A stretch of 63,923 nucleotides of DNA, filler included, from Choristocarpus tenellus KU-1152 (GCA_964200185.2; 12 parts of 12 records of this genome joined end to end with filler, not necessarily neighbours in it); one strand, 5' to 3'; shown: positions 30,025-45,038, counted from the first letter of the whole stretch. Program-made: numbers and translations. Notes: a model not told the origin generated them from the letters alone.

Positions 30025-33000
30025 CTATCCTTTTGGGAGTGGTCGATGGGCTGGCAATGGCTGAGGGCATAAGTAGCGCTTCAGTTTTGCCGCCTGCTGC
30101 TTGGTCATCCCAGGTACTGCAGACTGTAGTTCTTGTGCGGAGCTATGCTCAGCAACAGCAGCAACAGAAGCAAGCAGTCATGTGGGATAAGGTTATTTAA
30201 CAGGGATCAAGAAGAAGGCGTAGACTGCATGAAACCAAACTTCTTTTCTATTTGTAAGAGCAAAACAAGCAGGTTAATAAACAAGCATGAAAAAAAGAGA
30301 CTATCCGAGGAGTACCAGAAAATTTCTTTCATCTAAACAAGAGCGAGCAAGGTATGGAGCATCCTTTTACTATGCTTGAAAAATAAGCATAGAAATAACA
30401 ACTTACGAACAATTTCATCGTAATGACCATATTTTTGCATTCCAGGTGGAGGGAATGGCAGTTTCCCTGCATTGAAATCCGTTGAGTTGTGTGCATACTG
30501 TATCACAAGTGCTTGCGCTATGCTGTCCATTTTACCTGCTCATCAGATCTTTGGATGACCTCCCCCGGAACCTCTCAAGTAAAAACAGCCCAGCAGGGTA
30601 GGACAAGCTCGGTGCCTTGAGCAAGAAAGTTAGGAACTTTTGCTGGGATTGCGATAGCAAAGGTCCTGACACCTGCAGTTGTAGTATCCACAATCACATT
30701 TGAGTTCTGAGAGTGACAGAGTGCTAGGTAACAAGTAAGGATTACAAAAAAAATGTAAGAGCATGATGTTGTCCTTATGCATATTATGTGGCAGTCATCA
30801 CCCACCTCTCGTGGAAAGCCCAAGTTCTTCCCCTCCTCCTCTTGCGCCAGAGCCAAAACGAACTTAGCCGTCCCTTGGTAGTCCTCAGTAGCCATCACAC
30901 TGACTCCCGCAATCTTGGACACCTCAATCACTGCCTCTCGCTCTGGACCACCCACCTCAGATTCCCTCACTTCTCCCCCCTCCACTACTACAACCAATCT
31001 CCCATAACGCTGGAGTTGTGCTCTGAGCTTGCCTGGCAATGGCCCGACTGAATTACCTGGTCGAACTGGTCTCCGTGTCTCTGACAGAAACTGCCTTCGA
31101 CTCCGCACAACCACTGCACACTGTACTCCAACAACCACATCCTCCCCCTCACCACCACCAAGACCTGTCACATGCACTTCCACCCCTGGGAAGGACCGAA
31201 GCTCTGATACCAACCCTGTTAGCAGCCCTGCCCTACGCTCAGAGAGGACAAGCCTCAAAGGTCGTGAAGACAATGAAGGTAAAGGAACCTTCCTATGTGA
31301 ACGCATATCCATTGGTCTGTCCACACCTACCCCGGAAACTGGCACTGCTCTGTGTGAGACATGGCTGGAGAGATAGCCAATCCGGCCAGCACTGCTGTTG
31401 TTCCCAGGCCCTCCTTTAAAGGCTGTGACTTGTATGGGAGCAGGGTGAGTATCTCTAGTGCATACTTGTGTGCCACCCACCTCCCGTGGTTGGATATGGG
31501 AATATGCATGTGAAGCTAAGGACTGTGAAACTGGATTGTGTGAAGCAACAGGTGCCAGGACAGTTGCAGTTGTGGGTTTGGGGTTGCCTATTCCAGGATG
31601 GCACCCATGCACAGATTTTGTCATGGTTTCACCATCACTACAAGTATCATCATTTCCACTGTCCTCATCAGTAATGACCATCTTCAGCTTGAACTTCTTT
31701 CGTGGACTCTGACCCTGAAACTGTACCTCTCCTGGTCGCTCATGCCGAGTTTCACCACTGTTCTTGTGCATCTGTTCACCTCTCTGTTCCAGGGCAAAAT
31801 CTTGTCCTTGTGTTGTATCGTGGGTGTTTCCCATTGTATACCTGTGCTGCCCTAGCCCAGGACAAGATATTTGCTCCCCAGGCATGTGCACTTTACTAGA
31901 CCCTTGGCTCACATTCACCACCTGCCTTCCATGCCGGTTCTGGTTTTGGTCTCCTTTCAAGCTGATGGCTACATTATTGTTAACAATGCCACTGCCCTCC
32001 TTAACTACTCCAACAAACGAAGTAAGAGCAGAGATCTCTGCCTGCTCCATCCTAGGTGGAGGTGCTGGTCGACGAGGTAGTGCCAAACGTCTAGCCTTCA
32101 GGCTCACACTTCCCTTGTTAACCTGTGATGCTGCAAGGGGTGGCTGCTGGGCCTGGCTGTATTCCAGTCTCTTCCTCTCTGATTGGTTGGTTGCAACATT
32201 ACCCTGTTGACCCAGCCCAGTGTTTTGAGTCCTTGACTTTGCATTTTGCCTCTCCTTGAGCCTAGCAAGTGCTTTAAGCCTGTTCTCTTCCATCTTCTTT
32301 CGCTGCTCTTCAGTAAGCCCCCCCCCCTCCAGCGCATTTCAGTGGGATCTTGTTGCACCCTCCAGGACCCTGTCCTTCCCCAGCTGGCTGTGGCAATGGC
32401 TGTGATGACTGTCCATTGTGCAGCAATTCCTGCCTAACAAGTCCTGTCGAACTTTGCCCAGGGTGGTGTGCTGCTGTGGCTCCACCCTTAATGGTCCCTT
32501 GACCCGCTACTGTTCCTCTTTCCGTGTCTGTCTTTGTCCCACTTGCACACCTGGTCACATGCGAGGGCTGTGGAGGGGCACTGACTTCACTCCTCGTCCT
32601 GCCCATCATGGCTTCCTTCACAACAACGCTTGCAGTCTTGAGCTTGCCCCCTTCCCCTACCTCACTGTCATCCGCTACTTTCCCCTTGTGTGTGTCAGGG
32701 GCTTGGTTCTCCTTGCCATTAACCTCGCCAAGTGATGCTGAATTAACAGGAACAACAACTTCAGAGACAGTGGTGTCTGATGGGGGGCTTGCCTGCATCA
32801 GTGCCTGCGAGTACATAGAATCATACAATGTGTCTGCAGAGTGACCGTTGACACTGCATCATTGGCAGGGAAAGCAGTGAAACAGAGATGAGGAGGAAGG
32901 GTATATACTAAAAAATGAAGAGTTTGGTATGATTAAATAGACAGTGGAGATGTATACAGTGGAATGATTAGTGAAGAGAAAGTGCTATGACTCAGCAAGG

Positions 33001-36000
33001 AGATCCAGCATGCACACATTGTCTCTAGACAATGTTAGCAAAGACAATATTTCAGTATAGTACTATCAGCTGTAAGCCAAAGAGGAGAGCTCAATAGGGT
33101 TACTCAGGCCTAAAATGACCGCTCCTTGAAGATTCAAAGGGGAACTTGCAACATCAATGATAGCAAGGTGCTAACCTGTCGAAAGGCAGGTGAGGAGGAA
33201 CAAGATATTCAATATCGCTCACAGGTAAGAGATATGTCTGTCAGATGGATCATAGGTACCACAAGCAAAAACGAAACATGACTACTGTATACACCAAAGA
33301 GTATCTTTGTATGGACACACGCAGAATGGTTACAACATGCACTTATAAACACTACCTACCCACTGAAAGGCTCTGGTGATCCTCCCTGGGACTCGATCCC
33401 CACAGACATTGCTGACCCTAGCATTGGCGACTCTTCTGTCCCAGCAACCTCTCCATCCCAACTCAGGGGGCTCTGTGGGGACTTCCCCTCACTTCGAGAG
33501 TTGCATGCACCTTCAATGTCCAGGGGATTTCCACCATCCCGAGCATGGCGTATGACAGCACTTATAAAAGAGAGGCGACCCTTCCTGTTATGTGGTCTGG
33601 TTCCACTGTTGTTGCTGTCACAGGTTTGTCGAGCACCCCGGCACAACCTTCTGGAGAGCAGTGGGGGGAGGTCCTGGGAAGGAGACTCATCAAGTAGCTG
33701 TAGGTACATTGCCTGCATTATCGCGAAGGAAGATACATTGCACACATATAGGACAGCAGAGAGTGGGGGAATCTAGGTGATGTGGCACAACAGAAAAGCT
33801 TGGATTACTCAATACTATAGTAATAAATGAATAGTACTCTCAAATACTTCAAAGCAGTAAATTGGGAGGGTCTTGAAGTCAATATATGCAGAGGACCAAA
33901 ATAATCAGGTATGGTTGCAGCAGTCATGCTATGTTCAGTACAGTACGGGTCCTTGACCCAAATGGACGCAGCTCAAGCTTTTGCCTGGTCCTCAGCCACC
34001 ACAAAATCAGCGCTATGAGGTTCATGCACTTCCTTGAATGAGAGCAGAAAAACAATAATCTGTGTAGTCACTTTTGAGGGGATTCTAAACCAAGGGTATA
34101 GCCCATTTTGCATCAAAAATAGTTTGAACATGCTCCCCTCACTCTGTCAAACACTCGCAAGACGTTGGGTTTTGCTCAACTTTACAAACCTCGTAACACT
34201 TCATAACTCCCTCAAAACAACACTTTCACAGCTTTCAGTGGGAAGCCAGCCACAACCACAACCCTTTTGTTGAAGTAATCAGAACTATGTTAACATTCAC
34301 ACAATCGATCAATACATGACCACTCCCATCCAGTAAAGAAATACCAATTAATACCAATGACAATGCAAGTGGTACATGGCCATATATTCAGGGGATCAGC
34401 ACTTCAGACCAACCAGTTTTTTCCTCCTCTTCCAAAACCTTTTCCTCCCTCTCCTCACAAGCACGCACTTCACCTTCTCATCTCTCATGGAACGTTTCAC
34501 CTCCTTACTCTTCTTCCTCTTCCCATTTTTTCCCTCTACACAGGCTTCCACAGCTGCCCCACCCCCTGCATTCTGTCCCCCACCCTCTGCTGGTGTGTCA
34601 CCATCTTCACTGCACTGTGTCTGCTGTGAGACATCTGTCTCGTAAGAAAGTGGTCCATCATTGACAAAGCTATCATCACTGTCATAGTACTGATCAAGCT
34701 CGTCCTCCTCATCATCCGATACACTATCCCCGTCAACTTCTGCCTCAGCATCAATAAACCTGCATTGAAGTTGTGTTTATATGCATATGGAAGACACAAT
34801 ACAACCTCCTTAGTCCAATAAAGTACTCATCATTTGTACTGTTATGCCCAAGGGTTGATCCTTCACGCATCATCAAAATCAAATGGAAAGTGAATTTCTC
34901 TGTGAGGCTGGTGCAGTGTGTACATTGTTCAGTATACAAGGTGTGAAATATACAAGTGTTCTTGGTGTCGAAAGACAGTAGTGACCAATGGAATCGCAGT
35001 AGTAGGAAATGGCCACATTCAAGCGGTGCCGAGCAGGTAGCAGGCACTTGATTGCAAATGGAACTAACTCTTTGCAACATATCATAAGCACAACATCCAC
35101 AACAACTGCATGAAATATCTAGAGCACTATGTTTTGTTTGCAATGGAGATATCATGCCAAAGCATTGAAGACATGCTGAGCAACCTTGAATTGCAAGCAT
35201 TAACTCCTCAACTCCAAGACCCATGTTATCTTTCCCTACCCAAGTATTATCACAAGATGAAAACAAGATTTGGGGGGAAACCAACTCCTAAGTTTGGCAG
35301 AAAATACCAATACAAGTAGCATGGACAACTAATAGTTATAGCCTGGCCTGGATTCCACATCAACTCGCTACCCATCCTCCCTGCCCCTGTCTTATACGAA
35401 GCCCACCTCCTGTATGATTTCTTGTCAAAGAGGGCCCTTTGTTTCTTTGTCCCTTCCCTTCCTCCTCCTCCTGATGATTGTTTCTTCTCCATGCGAACCT
35501 GCAGCAGCATAATATAACAAATCCAAACATTACCATCAACGCTTCCGAGCACTCCAGCATTTAAAAAAAATCGATATTATTGTACTCATTTGAGATACTG
35601 TTATAACCAATACCACAAGCAGCACCTCACAGTATCTACTTTACCCACATGGTGAGATATTCAACAAGGATCTGCACAAGCTCAATATGCACAAGTGATT
35701 TAGGGATGAAGAATAAAATTTACCATATGGGCAATGTTTGCAATGAGCCATACTTTTATCTACCTTCTCTGAGGGCAGCAACACCAGGGTTATGGCTATG
35801 CCAATACTATTATTAACCTCAACACTATGCAATTTTCATTGGCGTGAATTGAACAGTGATAAGTGGCCGGTAAAGCCTGATCATAAGAAGAGTCCCTCTT
35901 GTGATAAGCAATGAGGGTTTATTTCCAACAAAACTTTGCAAACTTCAAAACAAGGACATACCTTTTGCTCTGATGGGGTTTCAACTCCAAAAGTGCGGTG

Positions 36001-36920
36001 CCTCTTCTTGCCCTTGAAGCTCAAACCATTGCTGCCCTTACACTTACGGTCCACATCCATCTGTCCTGTCTGATCCCACAGGAGTATTAAGGAAGAATAA
36101 ATGAGCAAGGAATGAATTTGTAACAATGGGAACACCCACACGAACCATATCATTGACCATGAGAGTGCCAGCACAAAGCATTTGCACACTCCCCCTACCC
36201 CATCAATAGGTTTCTCTCTGGTCAAAGTCTATACTGCACAGGTGGTAACAAACACCATTACCAATTTAAACATCAATCCTGCTTCTTTAAGCTTCATACA
36301 ACATTGGTTGTATCCTTCAGAGAGGGCCCCCTACAATTGCACCAAGTGAAGGAAGAACAAGTGCTCATATGCATTGTCAATACTTCTACTAGCCTCAAGG
36401 GTATCACTGAGTCTCACCTTCTTTAAGCGACGGAGTTGCTTGGGCTTCTTCTCCTTGTCTGTGGGTGTGACTGCCTGTGAAAGTGTCATCAAGTTCTCTT
36501 CATCACATACACCTTCTGGTGAATCCAGAAGAGTAGACTCTTCCCCCCCCCCATCCTCAACACCAAATCCAGTCGGTACTGATCCAGAGTGTGGCAACTG
36601 TGGCACCTCACGATTCTTCCTTTTCCCTCCAGAAAAGGAACCTGAGTTGGGGCAGGGGAGCGAGACTGGCGGTGCCATAATAAGCTGTTTTCCATGTCGC
36701 TGGATCTGGGGGGAAGGGCTAGGGCCGCCTCCACCACTATCATCACAGATGATACCAGCCTCATCTTGCACCCTGGCACCCTTTTGCTTGCTGCTTGTTG
36801 GGGTGGTGGGTCTATCCATGTGTTTTTCCTCTGCAGGCTCATCCACCTCCACCCCATGGTAGTGATGGGGCTTGCTCCTTTCCCTCAACCCTCCAGGTGC
36901 TGCCCCCCCTTGGTTCCAGT
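30025..36920 (-). CDS. FANCM: FANCM-like protein, 3' part: disordered region, ERCC4-like pseudo-nuclease and (HhH)2; 5' end off-contig. Last exons ~32834-30806, 30672-30536, 30142-30025
   Basis: Acidic motif FIDAEAEVDGDSVSDDEEDE...DSFVND (~34755-34650) and AMYLQ resemble FANCM internal motifs. ERCC4-like EDVVVGVQCAVVVRS...YGRLVVVVEG lacks the catalytic ERK. HhH-like SSAQELQSAVPGMTKQQAAKLKRYL. One frameshift in a 10-C run. Confidence 0.7.
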
Positions 36921-38872
36921 NNNNNNNNNNNNNNNNNNNNNNNNNNNNNNNNNNNNNNNNNNNNTTAATTAATTAANNNNNNNNNNNNNNNNNNNNNNNN
37001 NNNNNNNNNNNNNNNNNNNNGACACCAAGCAATCTCGCCAGGTTTATCACCTTTGTGTTCTTTGATGATTTTGGGGATACTTTAACAATATTAACTTTGC
37101 TCATCTACATTATTAAGCTGTTCATTGTCCCTCATCAAAGCACCAAAGCCGCAGGTCCAGTGTGGGATGGTTCAACACAACTCTGTTGCAGCGAACAATC
37201 TAGATCCAAGGTACTCTCAACCAAATTTGAAAAATCGGGATCTAGCCCAAGTGTCTCCTCAAAGAAAAACAAACAGCATTTCAATGGTAGGTGTTCAGTT
37301 GAAAATACTGGCGGCATAACGCATTCTCAAATGCACTCTGTACGCAAGAATAGCTTCACTGCTGTGCTCTGCTCAAAGCAAAGATACAACCAGCATGGGA
37401 TGTTTAGGACTTTTTTTTGCTGTTCTGACCAGAAATGGGAAAATATGTGTGAAAGCAGAACACAGGGATCTAAGTCAGTGAGATTCTAGGGCAAAAGGCC
37501 CTGAGGTCTTTAACCCCCCAGCAAGAGCGAGACTTGGGTTAAAGCATCAAAGTCTATTCTAGAGGTTCGAAAGCAACCTACTAGAAGCCCTCCTTGTCAG
37601 TGAGCAACTAACATGCCTCGAAGTTTTTTGTCGGGTAGAGTTTGCAATGCTACCACGTACCAACGATTCTATGGTGGTCAATATGTACGAGAGGGGCAGA
37701 TTGTGACTGCAGACATAGATAGGGTCAAGGTTTCCTGAGTAATTCGAACAACATAGAAAGTTTCCTGTCAACATCCCCAGACTTACAGATCCTATGAAAA
37801 TAGTGCGGGAGGGAACACAAATGTCTAAAACTGTTTGCAGGGATCAACTCTCAACGAGTATACCCATCACTTGCATCCAACGAACTCAAATGCCCCTTCA
37901 CTCTACATCGCTCCTTACCATCTAAAACAGGAATTGGCAATGATCAGATCAGAGTGGGTGTAGGCAGAACTAGACATTTAGTACAATCTCCAGAGTGCAA
38001 ACAACCAACAACTTGTTCGGGACTCAATAACTCCCCTGGTGTCTCAATGCTAAGTACTGCTGGGCTGGAGCTGTATCAACTGAAGTATGAGGACAGTGTC
38101 ATCCTTCCATTGGCACCTCGGTGAGGGGGGATATCCGACGGATTCCTTGAAAAGAAGAAAAGGGCCAACATGATATAATGACATTCCACACTCTGCCAAC
38201 CTTCCTACATTCATTCAAATAACCTACTTCGTCTATCCCTGTTGTCCATCATTTCAATCTACATGCTGTGTAAGAATTCGGACATTGATGTTTCAATAAG
38301 AAACAGCAGAGCTCTAATACACCAGTAGCTAAGATCATCCCATGCACCAAGACTGATAGAGTCTCAATCCCATGAAATTCGATACAATAACAATGTTATG
38401 TTCCTTGGACAACTTCCACATTACTGTCAAACTCCTGTCTACCACAGGCGGAAGAGTCCTCGGCTTCCCCTCTTCACCTCACCAACCTGACAAATCACAT
38501 TCTCTGAAGAGAAGCCTCCCTAACAATGAGAAGGAGAGTGGTGACATGAAGGGACCAGAGTGGTGTATGCGGTTAGGCGATGTTTACACAGCAGCTGACG
38601 TTCATAGTGAAGATGCAACTGCTGTGTTCTTCAAATGCATGGGTAGTTGTTCCTTTCTGGCTGGAACTTCAGAAAGAGTATCACTATGGTGTTGTGTGGA
38701 TACTACTAATAGGTAAACAAACCCATATTTTAGACTTGGAGAGAGTGTATGAAGGTATGCAAGTCCTGGGTAGTGAGATGAAGGACATGTTAGCTTCAAC
38801 CCCACGCCAGTTGTATTTCTTCTAAGCACCGTTGGCCTGCTGTGAATAAGGGATTTGAATTTGGACAATACT

Positions 38873-39130
38873 GACTCAAAGTATCTTAGAGGGTAGAGCC
38901 GCGTCCGTTTGGGGCCAAGTCCCATGTTGCGATGTTGATCTTATTTTTGCGATCATGTTTCTTAGGAAGTGTCAATATCCTTGTGTCGGACACACCTTTT
39001 CATAACGTATACATTACACCTACTCCGAAACATTTCGGAGTAGGAAAATGTCGTCAAAAAACCCGTGGGAAGTCAATCTCCAAACGGAGAAACAGGGCAA
39101 AACTCGTACCCTCTTAAGATACTTTTACTC
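38873..39130. mobile_element. MITE family A, full copy
   Basis: GACTCAAAGTATCTTAGAGGGTA...TACCCTCTTAAGATACTTTTACTC flanked by TACT. Partial copies at 39690-39843, 50590-50660, 58207-58362. Confidence 0.85.
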
Positions 39131-40563
39131 TACTATAAATTCGATATAAGTCAAATGCCAAGGACAAGACTAAGCGCATTAGGCTGCACGTCAAAGTATT
39201 CATCAAACACATTTATGCCTGCAAGTAGACTATGAGCCAGGTTCACCCAACCTCCATCACTACACTGATCAACACCCTAAGTAGAAGGCAAAAGGCAAAG
39301 TGCTGAACGCATGGCAAGGCTAAGGGAGACATTGCAAGAACTGCTACATCCAATCTGTAACAGCACAATTGTGCTCTCGGAAATCTACTACAACAGTATA
39401 CCATTTACCTATAGTTTGGATCATGGCTGCTCAGAGTACATCCTACGATATCAATATCAATGGATACCATTATTTGAAGGATTTGGATAAGGAAGCGGCC
39501 AAGCAAGGTATCTAAATTTGTGTGACTCTATTTCTCATATCCTTGCCAAACATGTTGTTCAAATATAGAACTGTGAAAAATAGTATTCAGTAATAAGCCA
39601 ATACTAAGAAGTGCCAATCTCAATCTCTCAGGACGATTTGGTCATGTGAGAGCATGCCATGTGCTCTATAGATCTCTGGAGCGGTGCTCCGGACACACCT
39701 TTCAGAGTCATACTCCGAAATGTTTCGGAGTAGGTAACTGTGTTTACGTAGAAAACCGGAAAAGGGCATAAAAAGCCCATGGGAAGCCAAGCCCCAAATA
39801 GACAAAGACGGCAAAACTCCTTCCCTCTTAAATGCTTTGGCTCAATAATTTCTAGCAATAATATTACTGAGTACTACCAAGATCAACAGGGTAGGAAGGT
39901 TTGATGTGATGTGTACAATTTTCTACCGGTGTAAAGATGTCTTGTTACATCATACCCCCCACTGCCAATCTTGTTGTTGCTGCTATTAGGTCAGTTTTGT
40001 CATTGATTTATATATTTTCAATATTGCACTGATTGTTATATCTGGTTGTTTTTTGTAGTGGGAAATGCTTCTATGTTGATGATACAGTACATAGTACAAA
40101 AAATGTTAAAATCCCTAAATCACTCGTTCAGAACCAATTAGCTCCAGTTGCGGTCAATCCTGAAAATTCTGTTTCAGAGTGCCTAGACCACATTCCGTCA
40201 ATAGTCTATTTCATGTACCCACCAGCTACAACTGATACGCATCAATCCGTCTATCTTCCTGTATCTCTCGGGTCGTAGAGGGGAGAGAGTAAATAGTTAC
40301 CACTCAATCTATTTTTAGACGGGTGAGGTTGAAGGATTTGTTGGCCCTATATTGCTCAAGAGATACAAGGCAATGGTCGTGAAAGCTGGTCCTCACGTAG
40401 CAAGTGGCCCTTCATGTCCCCTGTGCATACATGAGCCCGTTGCACTTTGACCAATCATCTTCCCCTCCTCCTCAACACACACATTGTTTAGTTACACATC
40501 GCAGTGGCATTATAAACGCCGTAGCATTGGTGTATTCAATTTCATTGAGGTCCCTAACCCTAC

Positions 40564-41631
40564 CTTGCCGGTTAGGTAGCCAGAAAGCTCTGGCCTGTGG
40601 CACATGGAGGCAATATCGAGGACAGTCTCGCCCTTGGTGTTGCTGTCATTTACGCCTGCTCCCCTGTCCACCAGGAACCTGTTTGACTCCCGGCAACACC
40701 ACACCAACAAAACATAATAGCAAAAGAGAAGGCGAGGAAGGCGCATGAGGAAAGCAATGGGAATCAGAGATCCTCTTGAACCAGGCGGTGATTGTTTGAG
40801 AGTGATGTATATGAGAGATTCACTGCTTAAGAAGTACAACAGAAGCAAGGTCAACAACGACTAGCAGTCCAGACAACCTCCACCTGGTTACAGTGAGGGG
40901 TGGAGCAATATAGAGCATTATTTGATGCTGAAAGAGCTATCCTGGAGACTTTAGCTAGTGTTGCAAAGGCGAAATATCTCAATCTAGCACTGTTTTCGAG
41001 GCTGGTCACTCTCTTTCATGAGGACTCGCACAGTTGCTTGGCAAATGGGTCTCATTGACTACAGGGGCACTCTGATTATATCTACAACTGTATCAGCTGG
41101 TGTAGATGCGTGTCACAATGTAGCGTCAACTCTGGAATAGGATGCTCTCCAAGTACAAAGCTTTTTTTTTCAAGAGCTGAACAGTGTATCGCTTCGAAAT
41201 CAAATAAGACTAAGAAATAAGACATGGACTACAGAATAAACCCTTTTTTGTTTTAAAAGGACTAAAGGAATAAATTAAAACAATATGCCGAAGAAAATTG
41301 TAGATATTTGTTTCAAGGCAAAGTAGACCCTAATTTTCACATATTATCTCATGAGAATTGCCCTAATCCCCCTACCTTTCCCTTCATATACGACCAATAC
41401 ATCAAATTAGACCATGCTTTAGTCCTTTCCTTGCTCATCATGGCCATTGCTACAAAGCAGGGCCACCCGTACATTTCCCACTCACCACACACCCTTAGAC
41501 CACTCGACTCTACCCTCTACCCCACTCCCTGCTCTTCCCCAGTCACCTTGCCATGTCGATGTTTCCCTGTACCACAGCCTGCATGAGAGGGGTATACCCC
41601 TTTTTGTTTTTGGTGGCAAGGCTAGCCCCTC
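40564..41631 (-). CDS. Ankyrin-repeat protein (internal exons 41631-41547 and 40678-40564)
   Basis: GASLATKNKKGYTPLMQAVVQGNIDMAR|FLVDRGAGVNDSNTKGETVLDIA; GT-AG boundaries, phase 2 consistent. Confidence 0.85.
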
Positions 41632-42472
41632 CTGTTAGAACAAGATACCTGGAGTACAGTGCACGTGATGAAGGGGGTGGGGCGGGAGGTGGGAGTGATG
41701 TAGGCACCCTGATCATTGTGCACCTATGCGAAAATTGCGCATTGCATGTTTTCATACCTCAGCATGTTCCATCTTTTTGCACTCTCACATCAATTCACGG
41801 ATTAGATGTCTATTTTTATTTTTCTACCCAGGAGTGCTTCGACTAGTTGCATTTATTGACTCAATCAGGGCTAGGGTTAGCCAACCTAGCATTAATGTCA
41901 GTCCTCAACTATCACTTAAATTCTATATCGCACTGGGTGGGGTTTCATATCTGAATGTACTTCTGTCTGCACGAGCTATCCCTTGGATTGGACATATCAG
42001 AGTCATATCATCAGAGCTGTCTGGTCTAAGGGCGGGGAGGCATATTTGAGCTGGCCGTCGCACTTACTCCTTATCAACCTCGATTTATCTTGATTTTTCC
42101 ACTTGGTACATGATGCCAATCAAACGTCAGTACTGTCAAAAAAGAAGATCGTACAGCCATTTTATTCACAGGTCATGGCAGATCACATTCAAGTGTAAGA
42201 GGCTCTCGTGTGTCTTTTCGAGTGAAAATGGTAGTAACTGTTCCAGTGTGATTGATACTCATGCCCCCCCTTGCCCCCCCACCTAGATCAAACGACTAAG
42301 TAGGTATGCACATGAAGAACTCAGTTAAGACCCTTCACCCCATNNNNNNNNNNNNNNNNNNNNNNNNNNNNNNNNNNNNNNNNNNNNTTAATTAATTAAN
42401 NNNNNNNNNNNNNNNNNNNNNNNNNNNNNNNNNNNNNNNNNNNGCGTCTGTGTTGTGGGGGGGGGGGAAAAA

Positions 42473-42508
<36 letters not shown>

Positions 42509-42807
42509 AGAGTGATTTCCCAAAGTACCATCAGTGATCGCAGAGAATGTGTTGCATTTCAAGCATTGATATATGATGGATGATGGATGCAGTGGCGACA
42601 CGGAACAAATTTTGGAGAAATAGGTGGCATTGTCAACGGATTGCAAACAGGAACATTGTGTAAGGTGAAAGGGGGGGGAGGGGGGGGGGGGGGGGAGGAA
42701 AAAAGGAAGAAAGGAAGAGTAGAGAAGGAAAGGACAGAACNNNNNNNNNNGAAAGTGAGGGGAGGGGTAGGGGAGAGAGAGAGGGGGGGTGGGGGGGGGA
42801 GGGGGGG

Positions 42808-42854
<47 letters not shown>

Positions 42855-43733
42855 GTTAAAAGGAAGTCTAGACTGGTCAGTACTCACTCATGATCACTAC
42901 CAAAAGTGAACCTGTCCCCTTCAAATCAAAAACCTACTCAGAGTGTTGGTGCTTTGCAACAGATTGATCAAACACCCCTCTGCCATAGACAAGGAAGTGT
43001 CGAATGACCTCCCCCCTGAATAAATCTCTAAGTTCCTGCATTGTCAGCATTTGGCGAGAGGAAGGGTTTGGTCGCAGGACTAGCTAGCGATGGCAATATA
43101 CAAGGCAGAAGAAAATGATGCACAACTGCGCTGAAATCAGCTCAGTTAAAAAAAAAAAAATTAACTCTCTCTCCCTTGCTGCTTACTCTAAGATGCATAC
43201 CAAATCCACACAGCAGTGCTAACAATATGAGACATTAGGGTTAGGGTTGTTCCTACGTACACCGTTGTCGTAGAACTAAGGGATGGTTTTCTTCAAGTAT
43301 GACTTTACAGTTACAGGCTGATGGTTTCATTCGAAAAACTTCGCAGCAATAAAGCAACAAAAACAGAACACAATACCCCCGTACGTACACAGTAAAAGTA
43401 ACCAATCAAATTACACAAATGGATCGGTTTCTTTCTATCTTATATTTACACACAACATCCACCTGCCGCTCTTGACATGGCACTGCCCCCACTGCACCTG
43501 CTGTTTGTGCATGTCCCATCATTAGCTTAAGCCTCTCGAACAATGCACAAAAGAGGTCATTTTTCATAAGCAACACAAAAACAACCTTCTCAACACAACC
43601 CTCAAAAATGCCAAATGCAAAGTGGTCAATCCATACCCCCCCCTTCTCTCCAGAGCCTCCTCCCCTAAACTACCTATGCACGACCCAACCAACCTCCAAA
43701 CTAACATGCCTCATCATCCCCTCATATACTCAC

Positions 43734-44999
43734 CCGCTCTGCAGGAGCCATGCTTCCAAAATCCATGATCACAGGTGAATTGTCACATGTAAGCATCACA
43801 TTTTCAGGTTTTATATCCCTTTAGCCAAACAGGAGAGTTCAGCCCCCCGTCCCCCACCCCCCACCCCCCACCAGTGCCATCAAGAGAGAATGGAAAGAAT
43901 GAACAAAAAAAAGGGACGGCGCCGCGCCGGTAAGCAACACGACCACAATCAAAGGGTTAGGGTTAGGAGTAACACGACCACAATCAAAGGGTTAGGGTTA
44001 GGAGTAACACGACCACAATCAAAGGGATAGGTTAGGAGAGGGAGGCACGCAGCATGCCTCAACATGCAACCTGTTTGATACTTCTAATATCACATGCAAA
44101 GAAACGAATAGGAACTGATAAAACACCTGGCGGGATTTTTTCCTGTGACCATAGACCACCAATATTGTCAGTCATCCCCACTGCTGCTGATATGGGTCTG
44201 ATAGGCCATTGCATCACAGAATCATGAAACTGTAAAATTCCGTTCATTCTCAGCACACAGCACACACTGTACCAGGCCAATGGGCATCGCATTTGATGGA
44301 AGACTCAAGGACACTACCACGAGCGTAAGGCCAAACTAGACCTTTTTGGTTTAGACGTCAGCTCCGTATGTCTACAGTGTAGCATTGAACAACACCTGCA
44401 GGAAAAGAATAGATAGGACTCTGGGGCATGAGCAAAGATACAGGGCCTATAGCCTAGCCCCTCGCAAGACGATCTGGGAACAGCTATGCCAACAGCATCA
44501 GCACCTAACCCTAACCCTAACCCTAACCCTAACCCTAAAACCAAGTACTCCTGAAAAAAAAAAAAGTGTGACTCTATGCCATAGTGTTGTATGATTCTTG
44601 CTTGAGGGCAGATAAGCAAAAAACAAGCTCACCTGTGGGCCCATGATGGGCTGTGATTGTGCAGGGCCCCAACCCCCTTACAGATCCCAGCAAAGAGGCC
44701 CAGTATCTCGGGCTCTTCCATTGGCGGTCCTCCCCCCAGAACTCTCCTGTTCAACAGGTCTCGAAGGGAACCTGACATAATCCCAGAGCACACAGGAACA
44801 GACAACATAGAGTAGTGGAAAAAGCGGATGCGTTTTGTTTTCATGTAACCAACAATTCAGAAGGTGGGAAGTGGACAAATGGGTACTATTCAAAGAGTGG
44901 GTTGGGAAGGTGGGGGGGGGGGGGGGGGGGGGGGGTATATTGCCCCTAAGGGCCAAATAAAAAAATCTGGGTGGTTTCNNNNNNNNNNGTTGTAATGTA

Positions 45000-45038
<39 letters not shown>

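Noticed and set aside
32318-32327. Programmed frameshift or pseudogenisation in the FANCM-like exon
   Set aside because: The break is in a 10-C homopolymer; 9 or 12 restores the frame. The assembly has many unreliable G/C runs, so an error is more likely. Raw reads would settle it.
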